DNA of 64,000 nucleotides, taken from the NCBI GenBank assembly GCA_034423575.1, contig DAOUIF010000036.1:9563-73562 (forward strand). The letters are read 5' to 3'. This DNA is from Dehalococcoidia bacterium. Its GTDB lineage: Bacteria > Chloroflexota > Dehalococcoidia > Lucifugimonadales > UBA3495. Below are positions 1 to 8,562 of the stretch, one piece after another (within the stretch, counting starts at the first letter, position 1; every line of letters starts with the position of its first letter). The position numbers and the translations under genes were made by a program. A model generated the notes under the pieces. That model saw only the letters and a list, made by a program, of their open reading frames with translations. It was not told the DNA's origin and made no database searches.

Positions 1-458
1 TGTCGCGAGAACCCGCGCGTCCGGCCGATGCCGCCCACAGGGGGCAGGCTGCCGAAATTCACGCCGATGCGAATGGGAATGTCGTGCTCCTTGGCTGCAG
101 CGACCACCTGCCGCACCTGGTCCTCGTTGCGCAGGTTACCGGGGTTGAGGCGCAAGCAGTCAATGCCGCCGGCCGCGCATTCCAAAGCCAATTGATAGTG
201 AAAATGGATGTCGGCGATCAGCGGTATCCGGATCTGTTTTTTGATCTCCGCCATGGCCTTGGCGGCTTCCATATCAGGCACCGCGGAGCGGATGATCTCG
301 CAGCCGGCCTCTTCAAGTTCGTGGATCTGCCGGACGGTGGCTTGGACATCGCGGGTATCCGTCTTGGTCATGGATTGAACGGTGATGTCGGCGTCCCCGC
401 CGACCTTGACTCCGCCGACGTAAACCGGTTTGGTTACCCTGCGCTGGTTAACAGCCAT
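1..458 (-). CDS. ispG: 4-hydroxy-3-methylbut-2-en-1-yl diphosphate synthase (IspG/GcpE), N-terminal part; gene continues off the left edge
   Basis: Reverse translation from ATG at 458-456 reads MAVNQRRVTKPVYVGGVKVGGDADITVQSMTKTDTRDVQATVRQIHELEEAGCEIIRSAVPDMEAAKAMAEIKKQIRIPLIADIHFHYQLALE, the canonical IspG N-terminus. The listed + ORF 84..476 is its antisense shadow. Confidence 0.85.
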   Translation of the reverse strand, partial: MAVNQRRVTKPVYVGGVKVGGDADITVQSMTKTDTRDVQATVRQIHELEEAGCEIIRSAVPDMEAAKAMAEIKKQIRIPLIADIHFHYQLALECAAGGIDCLRLNPGNLRNEDQVRQVVAAAKEHDIPIRIGVNFGSLPPVGGIGRTRGFSR

Positions 459-645
459 CTTCGTCACCGCCGTTAGCGAAAAGAGGTGTGGCGAACTCGA
501 AAACCCGGACTTATGTCTGCCAATCATACACGATAGCCCGACGCAGGTGCCACCGTGCGGCCGCTGCCCACAGGAGCGGAACGGTTAGCTCGCGGGTTGT
601 ATTCCACCCTAAATCCCCACACGAGCCACTCGGCAACCAGCTATA

Positions 646-679
646 TTGACATCAGCGACACAAGTGGTTGCTGTATAAT
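646..679 (+). promoter_or_regulatory. Candidate promoter for xdhC-mocA: perfect TATAAT (674-679); TTGACA (646-651) lies 22 nt upstream, too far for a standard spacer
   Basis: ctatatTTGACAtcagcgacacaagtggttgctgTATAATgtgg read directly. The -35 assignment is doubtful because of the spacing. Confidence 0.3.
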
Positions 680-769
680 GTGGCAATCAACTCCATACCG
701 GAACGATGGTGTTTTCCGGCGTGGTTCGGCGTACTAACCGGACAGATTCGGGGTCAGGCAGGGGGAAGC

Positions 770-1906
770 GTGCGCGACGTTATTCAAGAAGCGGTAAATC
801 AATTGGAATCGGGCAATCCCTGCGTGCTGGCAACGGTGGTGCGCACCAAGGGATCCACTCCCCAGAAGTCTGGCGCGATGCTCCTGGTGCGCGACGACGG
901 CACCGCCGTCGGCACTCTTGGCGGTGGCTGCGTAGAAGGTGACATCTGGTTCGCGGCACGCGAGATACTGCGCAACCAGGGAGGGCCGGAGTTCAAGGAC
1001 TACTACCTCAACGAGGACATCGCGGCCCGCGACGGCCTGGTTTGCGGCGGCACGATGTACTTTTACCTGGAACCCTTCTGGGATACCGACGATTTCACCG
1101 ACATCGGCCAAGAGGTGCTTGGTGCCTACGACGGGGCCGAACCGGCGGCGTTGGCAACGGTGGTCCGATCCGAGGGAAATACGGCGCGTCTCGGAGCGAA
1201 GTTGCTGCTGCGCTCCGACGGGTCCATCGCCGGCGGTATCGGAACGGCCGAGCTGGATGAAATCGCGCTGGAAGCCGCCGGCCGTGTTGCCGCCGTCGGC
1301 GCCAACGAATCGGTGACCATTGACGATCAGACGGAACTGTTCATCGAGGGCTTCACCACGCCGCCCACGCTGGTGATGGTGGGCGGCGGACACGTAGGCA
1401 AGGCCACGGCCGACCTGGCGCACCAGTTGGGCTACCGGGTGTACATCATCGACGACCGCGAAGATTTCTCTAACCCCCAACGTTTCCCCTACGCTGAGGA
1501 GACTATCGTTACGCCCTACACAAACTGGGCCGATCATCTGGACATTAACGTCAACAGCTTCATCGTAGTGGCGTCACGGGGCCACTGGTTCGACGACGTC
1601 GCGCTCGAATCGGCTTTGACCACCAAGGCGCGATACATCGGGCTGTTGGGCAGCCGGCGCAAGACGCTGATGATCTACCAGCGCTTGTTGCAGGAAGGAG
1701 TGCCACGTGAACGGCTGGCGGAAGTACGCGCGCCCATCGGCCTGGACATCGGCGCCCTGGAGCCGGAAGAGCTGGCCGTGAGCATCATGTCCGAGATCAT
1801 CATGGCCCGTCGCGGCGGCAAGGGCAGCCCGATGACCATGGACGACTGGTACCTGGAACGGGCCGAACGGCGAGCCAACCGGGCGATGGAGGCCACGGCG
1901 GACTGA
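770..1906 (+). CDS. xdhC: XdhC/CoxI family molybdoenzyme maturation (Moco insertion) protein
   Basis: ORF 668..1906. VRDVIQEAVNQLESGNPCVLATVVRTKGSTPQKSGAMLLV..GTLGGGCVEGD plus a second half VMVGGGHVGKATADLAHQLGYRVYIIDDRE fit the two-domain XdhC family. GTG 770 (after GGGGGAAG) is preferred because the 668 start overlaps the TATAAT box. Confidence 0.8.
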   Translation: MRDVIQEAVNQLESGNPCVLATVVRTKGSTPQKSGAMLLVRDDGTAVGTLGGGCVEGDIWFAAREILRNQGGPEFKDYYLNEDIAARDGLVCGGTMYFYLEPFWDTDDFTDIGQEVLGAYDGAEPAALATVVRSEGNTARLGAKLLLRSDGSIAGGIGTAELDEIALEAAGRVAAVGANESVTIDDQTELFIEGFTTPPTLVMVGGGHVGKATADLAHQLGYRVYIIDDREDFSNPQRFPYAEETIVTPYTNWADHLDINVNSFIVVASRGHWFDDVALESALTTKARYIGLLGSRRKTLMIYQRLLQEGVPRERLAEVRAPIGLDIGALEPEELAVSIMSEIIMARRGGKGSPMTMDDWYLERAERRANRAMEATAD

Positions 1907-2074
1907 TAATCCAACCCTGCGGCCGTTTCCCAGGCCGATATTCGCCGGTTTTACGGTATCGCGACCCGGGCAGCTTACGGCGCCGCCCGAATACGGTGAC
2001 CGGCATGAGCGGCACCGGGTACTACATACTACCCGCCAGGGCTTTTTCGATTTCGCTCTCCGGGCGAACCGAGC

Positions 2075-2719
2075 ATGACTGATACGTCGCCTTCAACTTC
2101 GGCGATTCTCCTCGCGGCCGGGGTTTCCCGACGTATGGGGACGTTGAAAGCGTTGCTGGACTGGCAGGGTCGTCTCCTGATCATCCACCAGATCGTTTCA
2201 TTGCGCGAGGCCGGGGCGGACGAGGTGATTGTCGTCCTGGGGCACCGGTCCGACGAGTTGCAGGCCAGGATCGGCGTCAACCGCGACGTGTACGAACTCG
2301 GGCGGGTGCGGTGCGTGATCAACGAGGATTACGCCCAGGGCAAAACGACATCCATCAAGACTGGCCTGTGGGCCCTCGGTCCCTCCGCCGAGCCCGACGG
2401 TGCCATCCTGATGCTGAACGTGGACCAGCCGCGCTCCGCTGGGATCATCAGGCAAACGCTGGCGGCCCATCGGAATGGTGGTAGGAACCTCATCACGATT
2501 CCCACCTACCAGGGCAAGGGCGGTCACCCCATTGTCGTGAGCCGTCAGCTATACAGCGAGCTAATCGCCATCGACGAGCAGACCCAGGGCATGAGGGCGG
2601 TCACGGAAAGACATCGCGATTCCACGCAGCGAATTGAGTTGGGCGCCGCCGAGTTGCTCTGGGACGTCAACACGCCGGAACAGTACCAAGCCGCACTGAG
2701 AGAATCCGGAGCCGGATAG
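2075..2719 (+). CDS. mocA: MobA-like nucleotidyltransferase, probable molybdenum cofactor cytidylyltransferase (MocA)
   Basis: N-terminal AILLAAGVSRRMGTLKALLDW matches the LAAGxSxRMG signature of MobA/MocA. It lies directly downstream of xdhC. Confidence 0.7.
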   Translation: MTDTSPSTSAILLAAGVSRRMGTLKALLDWQGRLLIIHQIVSLREAGADEVIVVLGHRSDELQARIGVNRDVYELGRVRCVINEDYAQGKTTSIKTGLWALGPSAEPDGAILMLNVDQPRSAGIIRQTLAAHRNGGRNLITIPTYQGKGGHPIVVSRQLYSELIAIDEQTQGMRAVTERHRDSTQRIELGAAELLWDVNTPEQYQAALRESGAG

Positions 2720-2764
2720 CAGAGATTCCAAGGGTCTGGCCAGTTTCGGATCAGTTCACAAATA

Positions 2765-2807
2765 AACCGGGACCCGATAAACAGTCCAGGCCCCGGTTAC
2801 TGGTTTT
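2765..2807 (+). terminator. Possible intrinsic terminator after mocA
   Basis: AACCGGG (2765-2771) pairs with CCCGGTT (2792-2798) and is followed by actggTTTT. The loop is long (20 nt), so the call is weak. Confidence 0.3.
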
Positions 2808-3163
2808 CCCTTCGTCCCGCCGCCAAGGATGCGCCGGGTTGACGGGTCTTGACCCTGTCAGCGGCCACCCAGCATCGTCATGCCGCCGCGGCTCCGCCAA
2901 CAGGGCTGTTACAGGGGAAATGCCAGCTATGGTTCAGCACTATTAGCGTGACCACTTCTAACCTCCTGTTTTGACGATGGTCTGGCCATCGGGTTTTCGG
3001 CGGGTGGGAGTTCCCTACACCCCCAGCACCTTGAATACATAGTATATCGGGTTCTGATGCTTGTCAACCCCAAATCGAATAATTGATATCGAAGTTTCAT
3101 CGTATCAACGCAACGGCGGCCAGATGGTTTAAACTACGCGAAAATGGCTTTGACATTGGAGAA

Positions 3164-4372
3164 ATGGCAGGAATGAGCTCAGCCGACAGCAACGGAACCG
3201 CCGCGCAACGGCCGGCACCCAGCGTTTACGGCGAGGACGGAGTGACCATCATCGGCATGATCGGCGTGGTGCGCGAGTCCGAGGCAAACCGGGGCGCAAC
3301 GTTGAGCCTGTTCGGCGGTGGGATCAACCCGGGCGCGGAAGTTCCTTCCGGCGTGGACCCGGACTACATCCTGGACTTCGCCCGTACCCACGAGGACGCC
3401 GGCTTCAACATGGTGCTGACCGGCTATTCCTCGTCCACTCCGGACGGGTTCGAGGTCGCCGGATACGCAGCGGCGCACACCGAGCGCCTGGGTTACTTGA
3501 TCGCGCACCGCCCCGGGTTCGTGGCGCCGACACTCGCGGCCAGGAAGACCGCCACCCTGGACCAACTCACTAACGGGCGCATCGCCCTGCACATAATTAC
3601 CGGGGGCAACGACGTCGAGCAGCGGCAGGACGGCGACTGGCTGGATCACGACTCGCGATATCGACGCACCGACGAGTACTTGGACATCATGCGACGCATC
3701 TGGACGGAGACGGAGCCATTCGATCACGATGGCGAATTCTACCGCCTGCAGGCGGCCTTCAGCCAAGCCCGGTGCCGGCAGCGTCCTCATGTGCCGCTGT
3801 TCTTCGGTGGGGCTTCAGGGGCGGCACTGGATGCTGCCAGCCGTCGCGCCGACCTTTTCGCGCTGTGGGGAGAGCCGAGAGCGTCTATCGCCGAACGCAT
3901 CGCTGACGTACGTCGGCGGGTTATTGCGGCCGGTCGCGATGCGGCAGAGATGCGATTCAGCCTGTCGGCGCGACCCATCCTCGCGGAAACCGAGGAAAAG
4001 GCCTGGCAGCGGGCAGAGGAAATCCTGGCCCGAGTGCGGCAGGCCACGGCGGGACGTATCACGCCAGGCATCCCCACCCGGCCGCAATCCGAGGGCGCTT
4101 GGCGGCTGCTACGTTTCGCGGCCGAAGGAAACGTCTACGACGAGCGGCTCTGGATGCCAATTGCGGCGGCCAGCGGTGCGTCGGGAAGCACCACGTGCCT
4201 GGTGGGCACGCCGCAGCAGGTGGCTGACGCCCTGCTGGCCTACTACGACCTGGGATGCAGCGCATTCATCATTCGTGGGTTCGATCCACTGGCGGACGCA
4301 GCCGATTACGGCAGGGAATTGATACCGCTAGTGCGGGAAGGCGTCGCCCAACGGCGCCAGACCGCCGTGTGA
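3164..4372 (+). CDS. LLM-class (luciferase-like) flavin-dependent oxidoreductase/monooxygenase
   Basis: ORF 3083..4372. DFARTHEDAGFNMVLTGY, YLIAHRPGFVAPTLAARKTATLDQLTNGRIALHIITGG and RYRRTDEYLDIMRRIW are typical of the SsuD-like LLM family. Start is ATG 3164 or 3173 (GGAG at 3158); the 5' end is uncertain. Confidence 0.75.
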   Translation: MAGMSSADSNGTAAQRPAPSVYGEDGVTIIGMIGVVRESEANRGATLSLFGGGINPGAEVPSGVDPDYILDFARTHEDAGFNMVLTGYSSSTPDGFEVAGYAAAHTERLGYLIAHRPGFVAPTLAARKTATLDQLTNGRIALHIITGGNDVEQRQDGDWLDHDSRYRRTDEYLDIMRRIWTETEPFDHDGEFYRLQAAFSQARCRQRPHVPLFFGGASGAALDAASRRADLFALWGEPRASIAERIADVRRRVIAAGRDAAEMRFSLSARPILAETEEKAWQRAEEILARVRQATAGRITPGIPTRPQSEGAWRLLRFAAEGNVYDERLWMPIAAASGASGSTTCLVGTPQQVADALLAYYDLGCSAFIIRGFDPLADAADYGRELIPLVREGVAQRRQTAV

Positions 4373-4466
4373 GGTCGTATTTGCTCCTTCAAGCGTCCCG
4401 AAACCGGGAACTGTCGACGTCCGTATCTGATACCATACACCCTACCGCAGTATCGGGAGGCCGTAT

Positions 4467-5678
4467 ATGGTCGATTACGCATCCCTCTTTTCCATCAATC
4501 TGCCCCGCTCAGTGGCCTCTCCGCCCGGATCGGACGCGTCGGTAAGGTACGTATTCTCGATTACCAACGCGGTGCCGGAGGTGGTCGACGCTGACCAATA
4601 CCTGGCCGCCATCCGGACTGGACTGGAAACCAACGGTGGAGCGTCGCTGGCAGGCTATCCGCCCCCGGGCGGCCACGTGGGACTGAGGGAAATGATCGCG
4701 GAGCGCCTGGCAGCCAACCGCGGTTATCAGGTCTCCCCCAACGATGTGTTCATCTCGGACGGGGCTGGCGGCGCCATCGCCATCGTCCTGGAATCCTTCA
4801 TCAACCCGGGCGACGCCGTCCTGGTGGAGGAATTCACCTATATGGGCAGCCTGCGCATGATGATGGAACGCGGCGCGGAGCCGGTCCATGTCCCTTGCGA
4901 TGGCGATGGAATGTTGCCTGACGCCCTGGAAGACGCCCTGGCATCGCTGGAAAGCGCGGGGCGACGGGCCAAATTCGTGTGGACGATACCGGTGTACCAG
5001 AACCCCCTGGGTTTCACTGTGCCCGAGGCACGGCGTCGGGAGATTCTGGAGGTTGCCCAGAAGTACGGCGTTCCGGTGATGGAAAACGAGTCCTACGCCG
5101 ACTTCCGCATCGACGGCGACCCGTTGCCGCGAGCCATGTCCGGCATCAGCGATCAGGGCGACGTGTTCTACGTTTCGTCATTCACCAAGCTTCTGGGATG
5201 CGGGCTTCGGGTCGGGTTCGGCGTGCTCCCGCCGGGGGTCAAAGACGCGCTGCCGCAGGTCAACGCGGAGAACCTGCCGCGCCGGAGTGTGAGCCACCTC
5301 GCTACCACCATGGTCTACGAATATATGCGGGCGCACGAGGCGGAGCATATCGAGGCCGTCCGGCGAGCGCTCCTGGCGAGGCGCGATGCGATGATCGGAG
5401 CGCTGGAGGACAACTTCCCGTCCTTCTGCGAATGGACCCATCCCCACGGCGGCATGATGATGTTCGTGAAGCTGCCAGAAAACGCCGATACCTGGTCGAC
5501 GCTGGCCAAGGCCACCGCGCGCGACGTCAAATACAATCCGGGTGGCATGTTCCGGTCGGATCGCGGGCGCAACAACCACCTGCGCCTCACCTACAGTCAC
5601 AACTCGCCCGACGAAATACGGGATGGAGTGGCTCGGCTGGCGGAGCTCTTCCGGGAGGAAGGATATTTCGAGGGCTGA
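4467..5678 (+). CDS. PLP-dependent aminotransferase (class I/II fold, 2-aminoadipate/aromatic type)
   Basis: GGGAGG SD at 4455-4460. GYPPPGGHVGLREMIAERL, VLVEEFTYMG and SSFTKLLGCGLRVGF (PLP-lysine context) fit the fold. Confidence 0.75.
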   Translation: MVDYASLFSINLPRSVASPPGSDASVRYVFSITNAVPEVVDADQYLAAIRTGLETNGGASLAGYPPPGGHVGLREMIAERLAANRGYQVSPNDVFISDGAGGAIAIVLESFINPGDAVLVEEFTYMGSLRMMMERGAEPVHVPCDGDGMLPDALEDALASLESAGRRAKFVWTIPVYQNPLGFTVPEARRREILEVAQKYGVPVMENESYADFRIDGDPLPRAMSGISDQGDVFYVSSFTKLLGCGLRVGFGVLPPGVKDALPQVNAENLPRRSVSHLATTMVYEYMRAHEAEHIEAVRRALLARRDAMIGALEDNFPSFCEWTHPHGGMMMFVKLPENADTWSTLAKATARDVKYNPGGMFRSDRGRNNHLRLTYSHNSPDEIRDGVARLAELFREEGYFEG

Positions 5679-5745
5679 TCTGCGTTCGAATATAGCCGTC
5701 CGCATACAACAATCTCTCCAACATAGGCAAGCCGGGGGTGCTGCG

Positions 5746-8535
5746 ATGGTCGTCGTCAGTCCAACGATCAGCGTGACGGTTGATGGGATTCCGGTGAACG
5801 TGGCAGCGGGGGCCAGCGCGCTGGATGCAGTGAATGCGGCTGGCGTGCCCCTCTCCCAATTGTGCAAAGACGCCGATATGCCCGCCATCGGCGCCTGTCG
5901 GACCTGCCTGGTGCAGATTGACGGCATCCGTGGGTTTCCCGCCTCATGCTCGACGCCGGCCACCGACGGCATGGTCATCCGCACCGACGGGCCCGATGCC
6001 CAGCGGATCCGTTCCGGCGTCATCCAACTAACTCTCGGCATGGTGGGCAAAGGCAACGGGTCGATTGACGGCTACGATCTGCTGTCGGACGCAGCCAGCA
6101 CGCACGGGATTTCCCAAACGCGATGGGACCCCCGGCCCCGCCAGCGGACGGACGAGTCCAACCCGGTGTTCGACCTCGCCATGGATGCGTGCATCCTGTG
6201 CGCCCGGTGTGTCAACGCCTGCCAGTCCAGTCACCAGTTCATCGGCGCGATTGACGTGCTGGGTGCGGGCGGTTCGGCTCGTATCGCTACCGCGGGAGAC
6301 AAGCCGCTGGGAGAAAGCATCTGCACCACCTGCGGACAATGCCTCAGCGTTTGCCCAACTGGCGCCATCAGCGTGAAAACACCGCCGGACTCTGCGTCGC
6401 CTACCCGCCAAGTCAAGACCACGTGTCCCTACTGCGGCGTTGGCTGCGGGATCAAACTGGAGGTCAGCGACACTGCAGAAGGACCGGACGCGGGTACGAT
6501 CGTTGCTTCACATGACGATCCCGACAACCTGTCCAGCGTTGGGATGCTGTGCGTGAAGGGACGCTTCGGCTACACCTTCGTGCAGCACGGTGACCGTATC
6601 AAGAAGCCGCTGATACGGGAAGGCGACCGCTTCAGCGGCGACTTTCGGGAGGCGACCTGGGACGAAGCGCTGGACTTGGTGGCCTCGCGGCTGGCCGATT
6701 ACCGCGGCGAATCCTTTGGCACGTTGTGCTCGGCCAAGGCGACCAATGAAGACGGTTACGTGCAGCAGAAATTCGCCCGGCTGATCATGGGCAGCAACAA
6801 CATCGACCACTGCACGCGCCTGTGTCATGCGCCGTCGGTGGAGGCCATGCTGACCTCGCTGGGCAGCGGGGCCACCAGCAATTCGTACACCGATTACGAA
6901 GCGGCGGGGTGCCTGTTGGTCACCGGCTGCGATCCGACAAGCAACCATCCGGTTGCCGCCGCGCGGATGCGTCGCGCCGTAGTGGAACGCGGGGCCGGGC
7001 TAATCGTCATCAACCCCCGTCGCATTGATATGTGCGACTACGCCGACCTGTGGCTGCGTCCTTATCCGGGCACCGACGTGGCCCTGCTGAACGCCATGGC
7101 TCACGTCGTAGTTTCGGAGGGCCTGTCCGATGCAGACTTCGTGACCAACCGCACAGAGGGTTACAACGACTGGCTCGCTATCATTAATCGCTACTCGCCG
7201 GAACGTGCCGCCGCCGTCACCGGAGTTCACGCCGATGACATCCGCGCCGCCGGCCGCCTGTTCGCCCGACCACAGGCGCCGAAGGGCAGCGTCTCCGCGC
7301 CGAGATACGACGGTTCCTGTCTGATCTGGGGCATGGGAATAACCCAGCACACCAATGGCACTCCCAACGTTCACAGCTTGCTCAACCTGGCGCTGGTAAC
7401 CGGGCAGTTAGGACGGCCCGGGTCCGGAGTCTCTCCCTTGCGTGGCCAGAACAACGTGCAGGGCTGCGGCGACGCCGGGTGCTTGCCCAATTCCCTGCCG
7501 GGCTATCAAGGTTTGCGCTCGGACGCTGTTGCCAAGTTCGACGCCGCTTGGGAAGCTGACGGCTCGCTCCCCGAGGTCGCCGGGATGATGGTGACCGACA
7601 TGGTGGATGCCATCGGCGAAGCGGGCGGCGTGCAAGCGATGTACATCACTGGAGAAAACCCGCTGCTCAGCGAGCCGGATCTCAACCGGGCAGACGAGTT
7701 GTTCCGCCGGTTGGACTTCCTGGTGGTGCAGGACATCTTCATGCACGAAACTGCCCTGCTGGCCGATGTAGTACTGCCCGCCACCAGCTTCGCCGAGAAA
7801 GATGGGACCTTCACCAATAGCGAACGACGCGTCCAGCGGGTGCGGCAGGCCGTGGCTCCGGTGGGCAACAGCCGGCCGGATTGGGATATCGTGTGCGACC
7901 TGGCCCGACGGATGTGCGACCGGCTGGATTTGCCTTGGGCAGGGCAGTTCGGTTTTCAGCATCCTGGAGAGATTTTTGAAGAGATGGCTGGTTTAACGCC
8001 GATTCTGGCGGGTATATCTTACGAGCGGCTCGACACCGAAGGCGGGCTCCAGTGGCCGTGCCCGACGCCCGACCATCCCGGCACCAGTTATCTCTATGGC
8101 GAGAGTTTCCCCCGGGGCGACCGGGCCCGGTTCATCGGCTACGATCAGGGGCCGATGGCTGAGGAAACACCCTCAGAGCGGTTCCCTCTGCTGCTGAACA
8201 CCGGCAGGGTCTTGTACCACTGGCACGGCGGTACCATCACCCGGCGGGTCGGCAACCTCCTGGCGCGGATGGCGGACCTCGAAGTGTCCGTCAATCCCGC
8301 CGACGGCGAGCGGTTGGGCTTGCGCGACGGCGAGCCCGTTCGGGTACGCTCTCGCCGCGGCGAACTGACCGGGGTAGCGCGTTTCACCTACCGGATGCGC
8401 GTTGGCGAGATTTTCATTCCCTTCGTGCGGTTGAACGAATCCGCTGCGAATTTCCTGACCAACGCGGTGTACGATCCGGACTCGCGGATCCCGGAGTACA
8501 AGGTATGCGCTGTGCGGGTAGAACCCACCGAGTGA
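5746..8535 (+). CDS. fdhA: Formate dehydrogenase alpha subunit / molybdopterin oxidoreductase with N-terminal 2Fe-2S and 4Fe-4S domains (Cys-type)
   Basis: ORF 5542..8535; ATG 5746 follows GGGGGTG. N-terminus ISVTVDGIPVNV..CRTCLVQIDG (2Fe-2S), CILCARCVNAC and CGQCLSVCPTGA (4Fe-4S), TTCPYCGVGCG (MopB Fe-S), then NNIDHCTRLCHAPSV active-site context with TGT Cys at 6823-6825. Confidence 0.85.
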   Translation: MVVVSPTISVTVDGIPVNVAAGASALDAVNAAGVPLSQLCKDADMPAIGACRTCLVQIDGIRGFPASCSTPATDGMVIRTDGPDAQRIRSGVIQLTLGMVGKGNGSIDGYDLLSDAASTHGISQTRWDPRPRQRTDESNPVFDLAMDACILCARCVNACQSSHQFIGAIDVLGAGGSARIATAGDKPLGESICTTCGQCLSVCPTGAISVKTPPDSASPTRQVKTTCPYCGVGCGIKLEVSDTAEGPDAGTIVASHDDPDNLSSVGMLCVKGRFGYTFVQHGDRIKKPLIREGDRFSGDFREATWDEALDLVASRLADYRGESFGTLCSAKATNEDGYVQQKFARLIMGSNNIDHCTRLCHAPSVEAMLTSLGSGATSNSYTDYEAAGCLLVTGCDPTSNHPVAAARMRRAVVERGAGLIVINPRRIDMCDYADLWLRPYPGTDVALLNAMAHVVVSEGLSDADFVTNRTEGYNDWLAIINRYSPERAAAVTGVHADDIRAAGRLFARPQAPKGSVSAPRYDGSCLIWGMGITQHTNGTPNVHSLLNLALVTGQLGRPGSGVSPLRGQNNVQGCGDAGCLPNSLPGYQGLRSDAVAKFDAAWEADGSLPEVAGMMVTDMVDAIGEAGGVQAMYITGENPLLSEPDLNRADELFRRLDFLVVQDIFMHETALLADVVLPATSFAEKDGTFTNSERRVQRVRQAVAPVGNSRPDWDIVCDLARRMCDRLDLPWAGQFGFQHPGEIFEEMAGLTPILAGISYERLDTEGGLQWPCPTPDHPGTSYLYGESFPRGDRARFIGYDQGPMAEETPSERFPLLLNTGRVLYHWHGGTITRRVGNLLARMADLEVSVNPADGERLGLRDGEPVRVRSRRGELTGVARFTYRMRVGEIFIPFVRLNESAANFLTNAVYDPDSRIPEYKVCAVRVEPTE

Positions 8536-8552
8536 CGGGTTGGCAGCCCGTC
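8534..8552. terminator. Short GC hairpin between convergent fdhA and redoxin genes (possible U-tract-less terminator)
   Basis: GACGGG (8534-8539) pairs with CCCGTC (8547-8552). It overlaps the fdhA stop and has no U-tract on either side. Confidence 0.2.
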
Positions 8553-8562
8553 ATCGCGCATC

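Noticed and set aside
84-476. 130-aa plus-strand ORF at the left edge
   Set aside because: It is the antisense shadow of ispG, whose minus-strand translation is unmistakable.
668-769. The upstream TTG start of the xdhC ORF
   Set aside because: The TATAAT promoter box (674-679) overlaps it. The N-terminal extension is non-conserved-looking, and GTG 770 gives the family-typical start.
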